From positions 2,176,001-2,240,000 of the forward strand of contig CBDCNP010000002.1 of NCBI GenBank assembly GCA_965219415.1: a stretch of 64,000 nucleotides of DNA. The letters run 5' to 3'. The stretch comes from Candidatus Marinacidobacterales bacterium. Its GTDB lineage: Bacteria > Acidobacteriota > Vicinamibacteria > Marinacidobacterales > DATDRI01. This document shows positions 56,483 to 64,000 of the stretch, in pieces. Under the pieces are notes generated by a model, which saw only the letters and a list, made by a program, of their open reading frames with translations, had not been told where the DNA came from and made no database searches. The number at the start of each line of letters is the position of its first letter. Position 1 is the first letter of the stretch. The translations under genes and the position numbers were made by a program.

Positions 56483-58483
56483 CTAGCCAAAAAAGCCGAT
56501 GACTTCCTCTCGGCGGTGGATCAGCGGAAAAGGAGGAAGACTTGCCAAGAAACGTTGGCCGTAGCCCATTCTCAGCAAACGACTGTCGAGGACTGCCAAC
56601 ACGCCACGATCACTGCGAGAACGAATCAGCCGACCCAGTCCTTGTTTGAGCCCCAAGATAGCCATCGGCACTTGATAATCGTGGAAGCCGTTGCCCCCTC
56701 GATCCTCCACCCAATCGATACGCGCCGACACCAATGGGTCGGCCGGCACCGCGAAAGGAAGCTTGTCGATGATCACGCAAGATAACTGCTCGCCGACCAC
56801 ATCGACTCCTTCCCAAAAGCTGGAAGTGGCGAGGAGGACCGCGCCTGGCGTGGCTCGAAATCGATCCAAGAGCTCCCCGCGCGGCGCTTCTCCTTGCACC
56901 AAGAGCGGATACTCGATGCGATCCCGTACCAACCCCTCCACCCCATGGAGGTTCGCGAAACTCGTAAAGAGCACGAACGCCCTACCGCGGCTCGCCTTGG
57001 TCAACGCGAGCACCTCCTCCGCCACTCGCACCAGGAATTCGGGGTGACGCGGGGCCGGCATCCCGTTCGGGATATAAAGAACGGTTTGCCGAGAGAAATC
57101 GAATGGAGAGCGTAGTACTTTTTGCTCCCGCGGTTGGCTTCCCAATCGCTCCCGCGTATAGTCGAGAGAGCCCTCGATCGATAGAGTCGCCGAAGTCATG
57201 ACGATGCTCCGCTTCCGCTCGAGGAGCGTCTTGCTCACCAGCTGACTCACGTTGATGGGAGAGGCTCGGAGAACTACCGACCGATCACGCACCTCACACC
57301 ACGACACCGACTCCGCCTCCGAGCTGACCAAAATTCGTTCCAAGTCGAACAAGAGCTCCCCGGATCGTCTCGCCAGACCCACCGTAGCCTCATCGGGCTC
57401 GGGAATACCCTTGAGGTCGGCCGCCAAGCGTTCGATATGACCTCGAAGTGCGTCGTAAGCCTGGGTTTGTCGAGGAGATTCGGAATCGCCTCCGATCCGA
57501 TAGCGGTCCTTCGAAATCCGGTAGCCCTCGAAGAATTCTTGTGCAACCCGGCGCAGGACACGAATGTGCTCCAGGGGACGACGTTGACGAGGCGAGCGGG
57601 CTTCCCAGGCCGCAGTTGCATCGCGGGCGAGCTCTTCGACGCGAAAGCTACTCACCACGGCACCGAAGTATTGTGTGGCTACGTCTTCAACTTGATGCGC
57701 CTCGTCTAGCACCAGGAAGTCGTAGTCTGGCAACACTTCGCCGTAAGAACCCTCCCGAACGACGAGATCGGCAAAAAGAAGGTGATGGTTAACGATGATG
57801 ATTTCGCTCTCCGATGCCCGTTGCCGGAGGCGCGTGACGTAGCACTTGTCGAAGTCGCGACATTCTTTGCCGATGCAGTTCTCGCTTTTTGCGGAGAGCC
57901 GACCCCAGAACTCGACCCTTTCCGGGAATCCGGGGATCTCGGCGCGGTCTCCAGTCTTCGTCATCGGAACCCAGCGAGCCATCGTATCGAAGTGCTCGGC
58001 TTCTTCGAACATTCGAAAGCTGGGCTGCACCGCGAACTGATCGTAGCGACTGAGACAAAGGTAGTTGGCTCGCCCCTTCATGAGGCACGCCTTGAACGGA
58101 ACGCCCAAAGCCTTCCTGAGAAGTGGCAAGTCTTTGTAGTACAGCTGCTCCTGAAGGTTCTTGGTGCCGGTGGAGATGACCACCCTTTGACCGGAGAGTA
58201 CCGCCGGGATCAAATAGGCGAGGGTTTTTCCGGTTCCGGTCCCGGCTTCCACCAAAACCTCGCCTCCCTCCCGGAAAGCATCGGCCACGGCAATAGCCAT
58301 TTCTACTTGCGGCAGGCGGTGCTCGAACCCCGGCAGCTCGGCGGCCAAGGGCCCGTCAGGCCCCAGGAGTCGCTCGATCTCTTCCGGCTGGAGCCTGCTG
58401 AGACCACGAGGAGCCGGCGGCGTCTCGGCACCGATTTCGATGTCGCTGATGTCAGGGATGTCGGGCTCTCCTCCGTTGGCCAT
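56483..58483 (-). CDS. DinG/YoaA family Fe-S DNA helicase
   Basis: FE.R..Q, EAGTGTGKTLAYL, KGRANYLC, C...C....C, DEAH, SATL, FWEGVD, QGLGRLIR. Confidence 0.93.
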   Translation of the reverse strand: MANGGEPDIPDISDIEIGAETPPAPRGLSRLQPEEIERLLGPDGPLAAELPGFEHRLPQVEMAIAVADAFREGGEVLVEAGTGTGKTLAYLIPAVLSGQRVVISTGTKNLQEQLYYKDLPLLRKALGVPFKACLMKGRANYLCLSRYDQFAVQPSFRMFEEAEHFDTMARWVPMTKTGDRAEIPGFPERVEFWGRLSAKSENCIGKECRDFDKCYVTRLRQRASESEIIIVNHHLLFADLVVREGSYGEVLPDYDFLVLDEAHQVEDVATQYFGAVVSSFRVEELARDATAAWEARSPRQRRPLEHIRVLRRVAQEFFEGYRISKDRYRIGGDSESPRQTQAYDALRGHIERLAADLKGIPEPDEATVGLARRSGELLFDLERILVSSEAESVSWCEVRDRSVVLRASPINVSQLVSKTLLERKRSIVMTSATLSIEGSLDYTRERLGSQPREQKVLRSPFDFSRQTVLYIPNGMPAPRHPEFLVRVAEEVLALTKASRGRAFVLFTSFANLHGVEGLVRDRIEYPLLVQGEAPRGELLDRFRATPGAVLLATSSFWEGVDVVGEQLSCVIIDKLPFAVPADPLVSARIDWVEDRGGNGFHDYQVPMAILGLKQGLGRLIRSRSDRGVLAVLDSRLLRMGYGQRFLASLPPFPLIHRREEVIGFFG

Positions 58484-58492
58484 GCTAGGACA

Positions 58493-59788
58493 CTAGGTCG
58501 CGGCCTGACTGGCCCGCACTGAGCTCTCTCTAAGACGGCGGGAGTACAGTGGAAATCTCGCCGTCAAGTCCTTGACTTTTTTCGCGATACTCTCGAGAGC
58601 CGTCTCATTCTCCCGCTCTCGGATAGCTTCGGCGATCCATTTTCCAACGACTTTCATTTCCTCGTTCTTCATCCCCCGAGTCGTAATGGCGGGAGTTCCG
58701 ATCCGAACGCCACTCGCCACCATCGGAGGTCGAGTGTCGAAGGGAATCGCGTTTTTGTTGACGGTAATCCCTGCCTTGCCGAGGGCTGCCTCCGCTTCTT
58801 TTCCAGTGACGCCCGCGGCGCCGACGTCTATCAAGATTAGGTGATTATCCGTACCACCGGACACTAGACGGAAGTCCTCCGCGATTAGAGTCGCCGCTAG
58901 GACACGCGCGTTGTCGACGACCTGCTGAGCGTAGGACTTGAACTCCGAACTCATGGCTTCTTTGAAACAAATAGCCTTGCCGGCTACCACGTGCACCAAC
59001 GGACCGCCTTGAATCCCCGGGAATGTGATCCGGTTCAGATCCTTCGCAAACTTTTCCTTCGAGAGGACGAATCCCCCCCGTGGACCGCGGAGCGTCTTAT
59101 GGGTTGTTGATGTGACGAAGTCGGAGTGCGCGACGGGGCTCGGATGGGCCCCACCGGCAACCAAACCGCTAGTGTGAGCCATATCGGTCACCACCACCGC
59201 CCCAACCTCGTCGGCTATGGTTCGAATGCGCGCAAAATCGATGACGCGGGGATAGGCGCTGGCACCAACCATGATCATCTTCGGATTGTTGGCCTTTGCC
59301 AAGCGCTCCATTTCCTCGTAATCGAGTCTTTCATCTTCTTGGCGCACCCCGTAGGGCACCACCTTGTAAAACCGACCGGAGAAATTGAGCGGATGGCCGT
59401 GCGACAAGTGGCCGCCATGGGCAAGGTTCATCCCCATGAACGTATCCCCCGAGTCGAGGACCGCGAGATATGCCGCCATATTAGCCTGAGTCCCGCTGTG
59501 CGGTTGCACGTTGGCGTGCTCGGCGCCGAAGAGCTCTTTCGCACGCTCGATGGCTGACCGCTCCACGACGTCCACGTGCTCGCAGCCCCCGTAATAACGA
59601 CGGCCGGGATACCCCTCGGCATACTTGTTGGTGAATACCGAACCGGTGGCTTCCAGAATCGCTTCGCTGGTGAAGTTCTCGGATGCGATGAGCTCCAGCC
59701 CTTCCGCCTGCCGGCGAACCTCTTGATCGATAGCCTGGGCGACCTCAGGATCGACTTCGAAGAGCGGGCGCTCCATCTCATGACTCAT
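58493..59788 (-). CDS. glyA: Serine hydroxymethyltransferase
   Basis: [50 protein letters not shown]. Confidence 0.98.
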   Translation of the reverse strand: MSHEMERPLFEVDPEVAQAIDQEVRRQAEGLELIASENFTSEAILEATGSVFTNKYAEGYPGRRYYGGCEHVDVVERSAIERAKELFGAEHANVQPHSGTQANMAAYLAVLDSGDTFMGMNLAHGGHLSHGHPLNFSGRFYKVVPYGVRQEDERLDYEEMERLAKANNPKMIMVGASAYPRVIDFARIRTIADEVGAVVVTDMAHTSGLVAGGAHPSPVAHSDFVTSTTHKTLRGPRGGFVLSKEKFAKDLNRITFPGIQGGPLVHVVAGKAICFKEAMSSEFKSYAQQVVDNARVLAATLIAEDFRLVSGGTDNHLILIDVGAAGVTGKEAEAALGKAGITVNKNAIPFDTRPPMVASGVRIGTPAITTRGMKNEEMKVVGKWIAEAIRERENETALESIAKKVKDLTARFPLYSRRLRESSVRASQAAT

Positions 59789-59887
59789 GATTGCTCCTCT
59801 GGAAGAACGTGACGACTTTGGATTTCTGCTCGCCTCATCCTACAATACGCCGCCTGTTCCAGCAAAAAACCTTCCTGGAAACAAACC

Positions 59888-61048
59888 GTGATGCGGGTCC
59901 AAGTCAGTAAGCGGGGGCGAGCGCGGGTGCTCGCTGGCCATCTGTGGATCTTCCAATCCGATGTGCAGAATCGCGAGGGAGTCGCTTCCGGGGACGTGGT
60001 CGAAGTGAGGGGACCGCGAGAGGACTTTCTGGGTCAAGCCTTCTTCAGCGAGTCATCGCAGATCGCCCTTCGAATCATCACCACCGAGCAGGAGCCGGTC
60101 GACGACAACTTTTGGAAGCGAAGACTCACCGCTGCCTTGGACTTGAGAAGCGGAATCGCACCGGCCACCACTGCGTATCGATGGGTGCATGGTGAAGCCG
60201 ATGGGATTCCCTCGCTCGTGGTTGACCGATACGGCGAGACTCTGGCCGTCCAAACTCTCTCGGCCGGTACGGATCGGCTGAAACAAACCTTCGTCCGGCT
60301 TTGGGTCGAGCTGGTACAGCCGTCCGGCATCATCGAGCGGAACGACCAAAAGACCCGAGCGCTCGAGGGGCTCCCGCTCGCAAAGGGGACGCTTTACGGA
60401 GAAGTTCCTTCAGAAGTCGTGGTCCAGGAAGAGGGGATTCGCCTGCGGGCCGACCTCTGGGGAGGCCAGAAGACCGGACTCTTTCTCGATCAGCGAGAGA
60501 ACCGCCAGGCAGCGGCTCGGTGGGGCAAAGGCCGGGCCCTCGACCTCTTCGCATACGACGGGGGATTCTCGCTTCAACTTGCCCGCGTCTGTGAGACGGT
60601 GACGGCGGTCGATGCTTCTGCTGAGGCGTTGGCGCGCCTCCGGGCGAACGCGGCCATGAATCAGATTGACAATATCCACTCCCGGGAGGGCAACGTCTTC
60701 GACCTCCTCCGCGAATTGCATGCCGACGGGCAAGTCTTCGACACTATCGTGCTCGACCCCCCGGCGTTCGCCAAGAACCGCGCCGCCGTGGTCAAAGCGA
60801 GGCGCGGGTACAAAGACATTAACTTACGTGCTATGAAGCTTTTACGGCCTGGTGGGCACCTTATCACCTCGACGTGCTCGTATCATGTCTCGGAGAACGA
60901 TTTCCTGAATATTCTCACCGAGGCTGCCGCGGACGTGCGCGCGCGCATGGTCTTGGTCGAGAAAAGAACACAATCCCGCGACCATCCCATGCTTCTCTCG
61001 ATGCCGGAGACCTACTACCTGAAGTGCGTGATCTTGCGTAAATTGTAG
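59888..61048 (+). CDS. rlmI: RlmI-like PUA-domain rRNA methyltransferase
   Basis: GHLWIF, GEADG..L.VDRY, GQKTGLFLDQRENR, LDPPAF, STCS, ET.YLK. Confidence 0.88.
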   Translation: MMRVQVSKRGRARVLAGHLWIFQSDVQNREGVASGDVVEVRGPREDFLGQAFFSESSQIALRIITTEQEPVDDNFWKRRLTAALDLRSGIAPATTAYRWVHGEADGIPSLVVDRYGETLAVQTLSAGTDRLKQTFVRLWVELVQPSGIIERNDQKTRALEGLPLAKGTLYGEVPSEVVVQEEGIRLRADLWGGQKTGLFLDQRENRQAAARWGKGRALDLFAYDGGFSLQLARVCETVTAVDASAEALARLRANAAMNQIDNIHSREGNVFDLLRELHADGQVFDTIVLDPPAFAKNRAAVVKARRGYKDINLRAMKLLRPGGHLITSTCSYHVSENDFLNILTEAAADVRARMVLVEKRTQSRDHPMLLSMPETYYLKCVILRKL

Positions 61049-61095
61049 GTTACAATATCCTTGTTTCTCCTAGTCATTTCCAGGAGCTGTTTCTC

Positions 61096-61920
61096 TTGAC
61101 CGAGGACCGCGAGAACGACCGCGCGCAGGGACCTCCCGACGCGCCCGACCCAGTACCGTCTGAGCCTGCTCAATCTGACGAGCCGATCGAGCTCATCGAG
61201 CAGCTTGGCGATGTGGAAGAGCTCGAGGAGCTCGTCCCGCTAGAGCCTGCTAGGTCTGACGAGACCCTTCCAGTCCAATCCGAACCGCCAGCGCCAACCG
61301 CACCGCCGCCCGCTCCCGCGGGAGACCTCCAAAAGAAGGTGGAAGAGAAGGACGCTCAGATCGCCCAGGTCATGAACGCGTACCGGGGCCTCAAGAAAGA
61401 CACCGCGAAGCTTCGCGAACGGGCCGTCAAAGCCGAGAAGCGTCGTTTCGAGATGTCGACAAACGATTTCATCGGCCGCTTCGTTGAGGTTCTCGATAAC
61501 CTGGATCGAGCCATCGACTCCATTGAAAACAACTTCGACTCGGACGCGGTCCTCGAAGGCATTATTTTGGTTCGGTCGCGCCTGGTGCAGCTTCTCCGCG
61601 AAGAAGGCCTGGAGAAAATCTTCGTGGGTGGCCAAACCTTCGACCCGACGCACAGTGAGGCCGCTGCTATTGAGCTGGTCGAGGACGATTCTCAGGGCAA
61701 CATCGTACTCAAGGAGCTACAACGGGGATATATGCTGAAGGGAGCCTTGCTGCGTCCCGCCCGTGTCGTGGTGGGTCGCTTCTCGCACACCGATGCCAAC
61801 TCGTCATCATCGGAGGAATCGGCTCGACGTCCATCACAGGCATCAGAGGCACCAGAGGCTCCGTCATCCAAGCCCGCGCCACCCGACCCAAAAGAAGGAA
61901 ATGACAGCTCCGACCAGTAG
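61096..61920 (+). CDS. grpE: Divergent GrpE nucleotide exchange factor with acidic/Pro-rich extensions
   Basis: VLDNLDRA, FDPTHSEA, QRGY.L.G.LLRPARVVV. Confidence 0.85.
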   Translation: MTEDRENDRAQGPPDAPDPVPSEPAQSDEPIELIEQLGDVEELEELVPLEPARSDETLPVQSEPPAPTAPPPAPAGDLQKKVEEKDAQIAQVMNAYRGLKKDTAKLRERAVKAEKRRFEMSTNDFIGRFVEVLDNLDRAIDSIENNFDSDAVLEGIILVRSRLVQLLREEGLEKIFVGGQTFDPTHSEAAAIELVEDDSQGNIVLKELQRGYMLKGALLRPARVVVGRFSHTDANSSSSEESARRPSQASEAPEAPSSKPAPPDPKEGNDSSDQ

Positions 61921-61935
61921 CCCCGCGTTTAGTTA

Positions 61936-62907
61936 CTAACTAAGATTCTTCCGCCAGTAGCTCAGTAAGTCTGCGAGCGTCTGTTTCAACTCGGTTTCCG
62001 GTTTCCATCCCACGTCCGAACGTAGCTTGGTGTTGTCGCCGAGCACAAGCGGAGCATCGGCCGCGTGGAAACGAGCGGCGTCCACCTCCACGGTTACTTT
62101 GGTGTCGGCTAGGTCGCGAAGCGTTGCGAGAATCTCCTCCATCGAGAACGCCTCACCGCGGCAGATGTTGTAGGGGGCAGCTGGTTGTCCTCGTTCCAAT
62201 ACTTCTCGGTAACCCCGAACCACATCACGAACATCGCTGAAGTCTCGGCGGGCGGACAAGTTTCCGACTCGAATCGTAGGGCCCCGACGCCCGGCTTCGA
62301 TCTCCGCCACCTGGCGTGCGAAGCTCGAGCAAACATAGGAGGATTCCTGGCCTGGGCCGGTATGGTTGAACGAGCGCACCAGGAAAACGGGAAGCTCCTC
62401 CGCGAGAAAGAAACGCAGGCCCAGGACCTCCTGAGCCGTTTTGCTCACGCCGTACGGCGTGAGCGGACGTTGGGGTCGATCCTCCCCGATAGGCTGCTCT
62501 CCCTCAGGAACCAGCCCGTATTGTTGCGCTGACCCCACCAGCAACACCCGGGGGCGCATGCCGGTTTCCAGTGCCGCCTGGAGCACGTTGTGGCTGCCGA
62601 TGATGTTCGTCTCGAGCGCTCGGCGCGCGTTGGCCCAAGAGCCTTCGGGATTGGAAAAAGCCGCTAGATGATAGATCGCCTCGGGCTTGAAGTCGGAGAC
62701 GATCCGGGCCAAGGATGTCGCGTCCAGGATATCCGCCTCGTGAACTTCAACGTCAGGGACGCCAGGCACGTCCGGTGGTGGAGAATCCTCTCCCGGCTTC
62801 CGGTCGCCCGGTTGACGTATCCCAGCGACCTTGTCGTCCCGATCGAGTAAGTGGCGAGCGAGGTGGCCGCCAGCGAATCCAGCCACCCCGGTAACGAAGG
62901 CTTTCAT
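61936..62907 (-). CDS. GDP-sugar SDR (GMD/Rmd-like)
   Basis: TGVAGFAG, YHLAA, YGVSK, FNHTGP, VGNL..RRDFSDVRDVV. ATG 62907. Confidence 0.88.
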   Translation of the reverse strand: MKAFVTGVAGFAGGHLARHLLDRDDKVAGIRQPGDRKPGEDSPPPDVPGVPDVEVHEADILDATSLARIVSDFKPEAIYHLAAFSNPEGSWANARRALETNIIGSHNVLQAALETGMRPRVLLVGSAQQYGLVPEGEQPIGEDRPQRPLTPYGVSKTAQEVLGLRFFLAEELPVFLVRSFNHTGPGQESSYVCSSFARQVAEIEAGRRGPTIRVGNLSARRDFSDVRDVVRGYREVLERGQPAAPYNICRGEAFSMEEILATLRDLADTKVTVEVDAARFHAADAPLVLGDNTKLRSDVGWKPETELKQTLADLLSYWRKNLS

Positions 62908-62909
62908 TT

Positions 62910-63869
62910 CTATCGGATAGTTTCTCGCCAATACTCCAGCATATCGGCCAGCGTCTTCTCGTAGGGTATCTTGGGCTCCCATCCGGTGGCTGTCTTGAAC
63001 TTGGTGTAGTCCCCCAACAAGACGGGCACGTCGGAGGGGCGAAGTCGCGCCGGGTCGGTTTCCACTTTGACCTTCACGCCTGACAACTCGATGAGTCGGT
63101 CCAGTACCTCTTGGATGGAATAGGCCTTTCCGCTACAGATGTTATAGACCTCTCCCGCTTCGCAGCACTCGGTCGCAAGCCAATAGCCACGGACGATGTC
63201 CCGCACGTCGGTAAAGTCTCGACGGGCCTCCAGGTTCCCGACATGAAGCACCGCCGGCTTTTTCTCTTTTTCCACCTCGATCAGCTGTTTCGCGAAATTG
63301 GAGGAAACGAACACCTCTCCTCTTCGCGGGCCGTCATGATTGAAGCCTCGAGTCCGCACCACTTTCAGGCCGAAGCTCTTGTGGTATTGGTATCCCAAGT
63401 AGTCCTGCCCGATCTTGCTCACCGCGTAGGGCGAAAGAGGGCGCAGCGGATTGGTCTCCTTAATAGGGAGCTCATCCTCATGAACCAACCCGTACTCCTC
63501 ACTCGAGCAGGCGAGCTGAATCCAAGGTTCGATCTCGAGTTCGCGTATCGCCTCGAAGATGTTCAGCTGGCCCAAGACGTTCGTGGTGAGCGACTCTGCG
63601 GGGGCGTTCCAAGAGGCCGGCACGTAGCTCTGCGCCGCTAAATGGAAGACCTTGTCGGGACGCACCCGACCGAGCAGCGTCTTCACCGAAGTAGCATCAC
63701 GAAGGTCGCACTCGATCAGCTCGATGCGCTCCTCGATGGCCTGGATGTTCTCGGTACGACTCCTCCATCTCATGATCCCGTAGACTTCGGTGTCCGGATG
63801 GTCGGCAAGGATGTACTCGGCTAGATGACTTCCGGCGAATCCGGTGATACCGGTTATGAGAGCTCGCAA
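62910..63869 (-). CDS. GDP-sugar SDR (GMD/Rmd-like)
   Basis: TGITGFAGSHL, FHLAAQSYV, SSEEYG, SPYAVSK, FNHDGPRRG, GNLEARRDF, RLRPSDV. Confidence 0.9.
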   Translation of the reverse strand: MRALITGITGFAGSHLAEYILADHPDTEVYGIMRWRSRTENIQAIEERIELIECDLRDATSVKTLLGRVRPDKVFHLAAQSYVPASWNAPAESLTTNVLGQLNIFEAIRELEIEPWIQLACSSEEYGLVHEDELPIKETNPLRPLSPYAVSKIGQDYLGYQYHKSFGLKVVRTRGFNHDGPRRGEVFVSSNFAKQLIEVEKEKKPAVLHVGNLEARRDFTDVRDIVRGYWLATECCEAGEVYNICSGKAYSIQEVLDRLIELSGVKVKVETDPARLRPSDVPVLLGDYTKFKTATGWEPKIPYEKTLADMLEYWRETIR

Positions 63870-63928
63870 AGTTCCTCCTAGGGTCCGACGTTACTGATCT
63901 GGGAGAACAAGTGTCTCGAGGCGAGGCG

Positions 63929-64000
63929 TTACTTGCGGCCCTCACCGTATTGCTTTTGGTAGAACTGCTTGTATTCCTGACTACCGGACTTGATGTCCTT
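63929..64000 (-). CDS. C-terminus of an upstream gene, resembling dTDP-glucose 4,6-dehydratase
   Basis: KDIKSGSQEYKQFYQKQYGEGRK* resembles the RfbB tail (..IKSG.EY..YY..QY), and the neighbours are nucleotide-sugar genes. Only 23 codons visible. Confidence 0.5.
   Translation of the reverse strand, partial: KDIKSGSQEYKQFYQKQYGEGRK

Overview
GC-rich bacterial chromosomal window, mostly housekeeping genes. The gene content (CRTAC1/ASPIC protein, futalosine menaquinone genes, TPR/carboxypeptidase-regulatory protein, cdaA-cdaR-glmM) is suggestive of Acidobacteriota, but this is inference only. Main blocks, left to right: SAM methyltransferase, egtD and a GT-C membrane protein; a biotin-dependent carboxylase + AtuA + crotonase cluster; a DAHP synthase-prephenate dehydratase fusion preceded by a Phe-containing leader peptide; a dinB-sbnI-like pair and the yebC-ruvC-ruvA-mutS-like-ruvB-queA-gmhA-DHS-like run; a liv-type ABC transporter; a decayed IS3-family element; a histone H1-like gene; mqnP-mqnE-mqnA-mqnC; an NSS transporter with small subunit and gpsA; tilS-hpt-ftsH-folP-cdaA-cdaR-glmM-pdxJ; a lepA relic and lepB; yggS-divIVA-yggU; a PTPS-III-type pterin enzyme, dinG, glyA, rlmI, grpE and nucleotide-sugar genes. 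No rRNA, tRNA or CRISPR array was seen. Several single-base frameshifts, mostly in homopolymer runs, look like long-read errors. The strongest leads are (1) the promoter/Phe-leader/aroF-pheA fusion unit, (2) two apparent pseudoenzymes (Hpt, PdxJ) in the c-di-AMP operon, (3) a stand-alone LepA C-terminal tail before lepB, (4) an orphan SbnI/SerK-like serine kinase, (5) a membrane-anchored MutS-like ATPase between ruvA and ruvB, and (6) a Cys-less PTPS-III. All family assignments come from motif recognition by eye; no searches were run.
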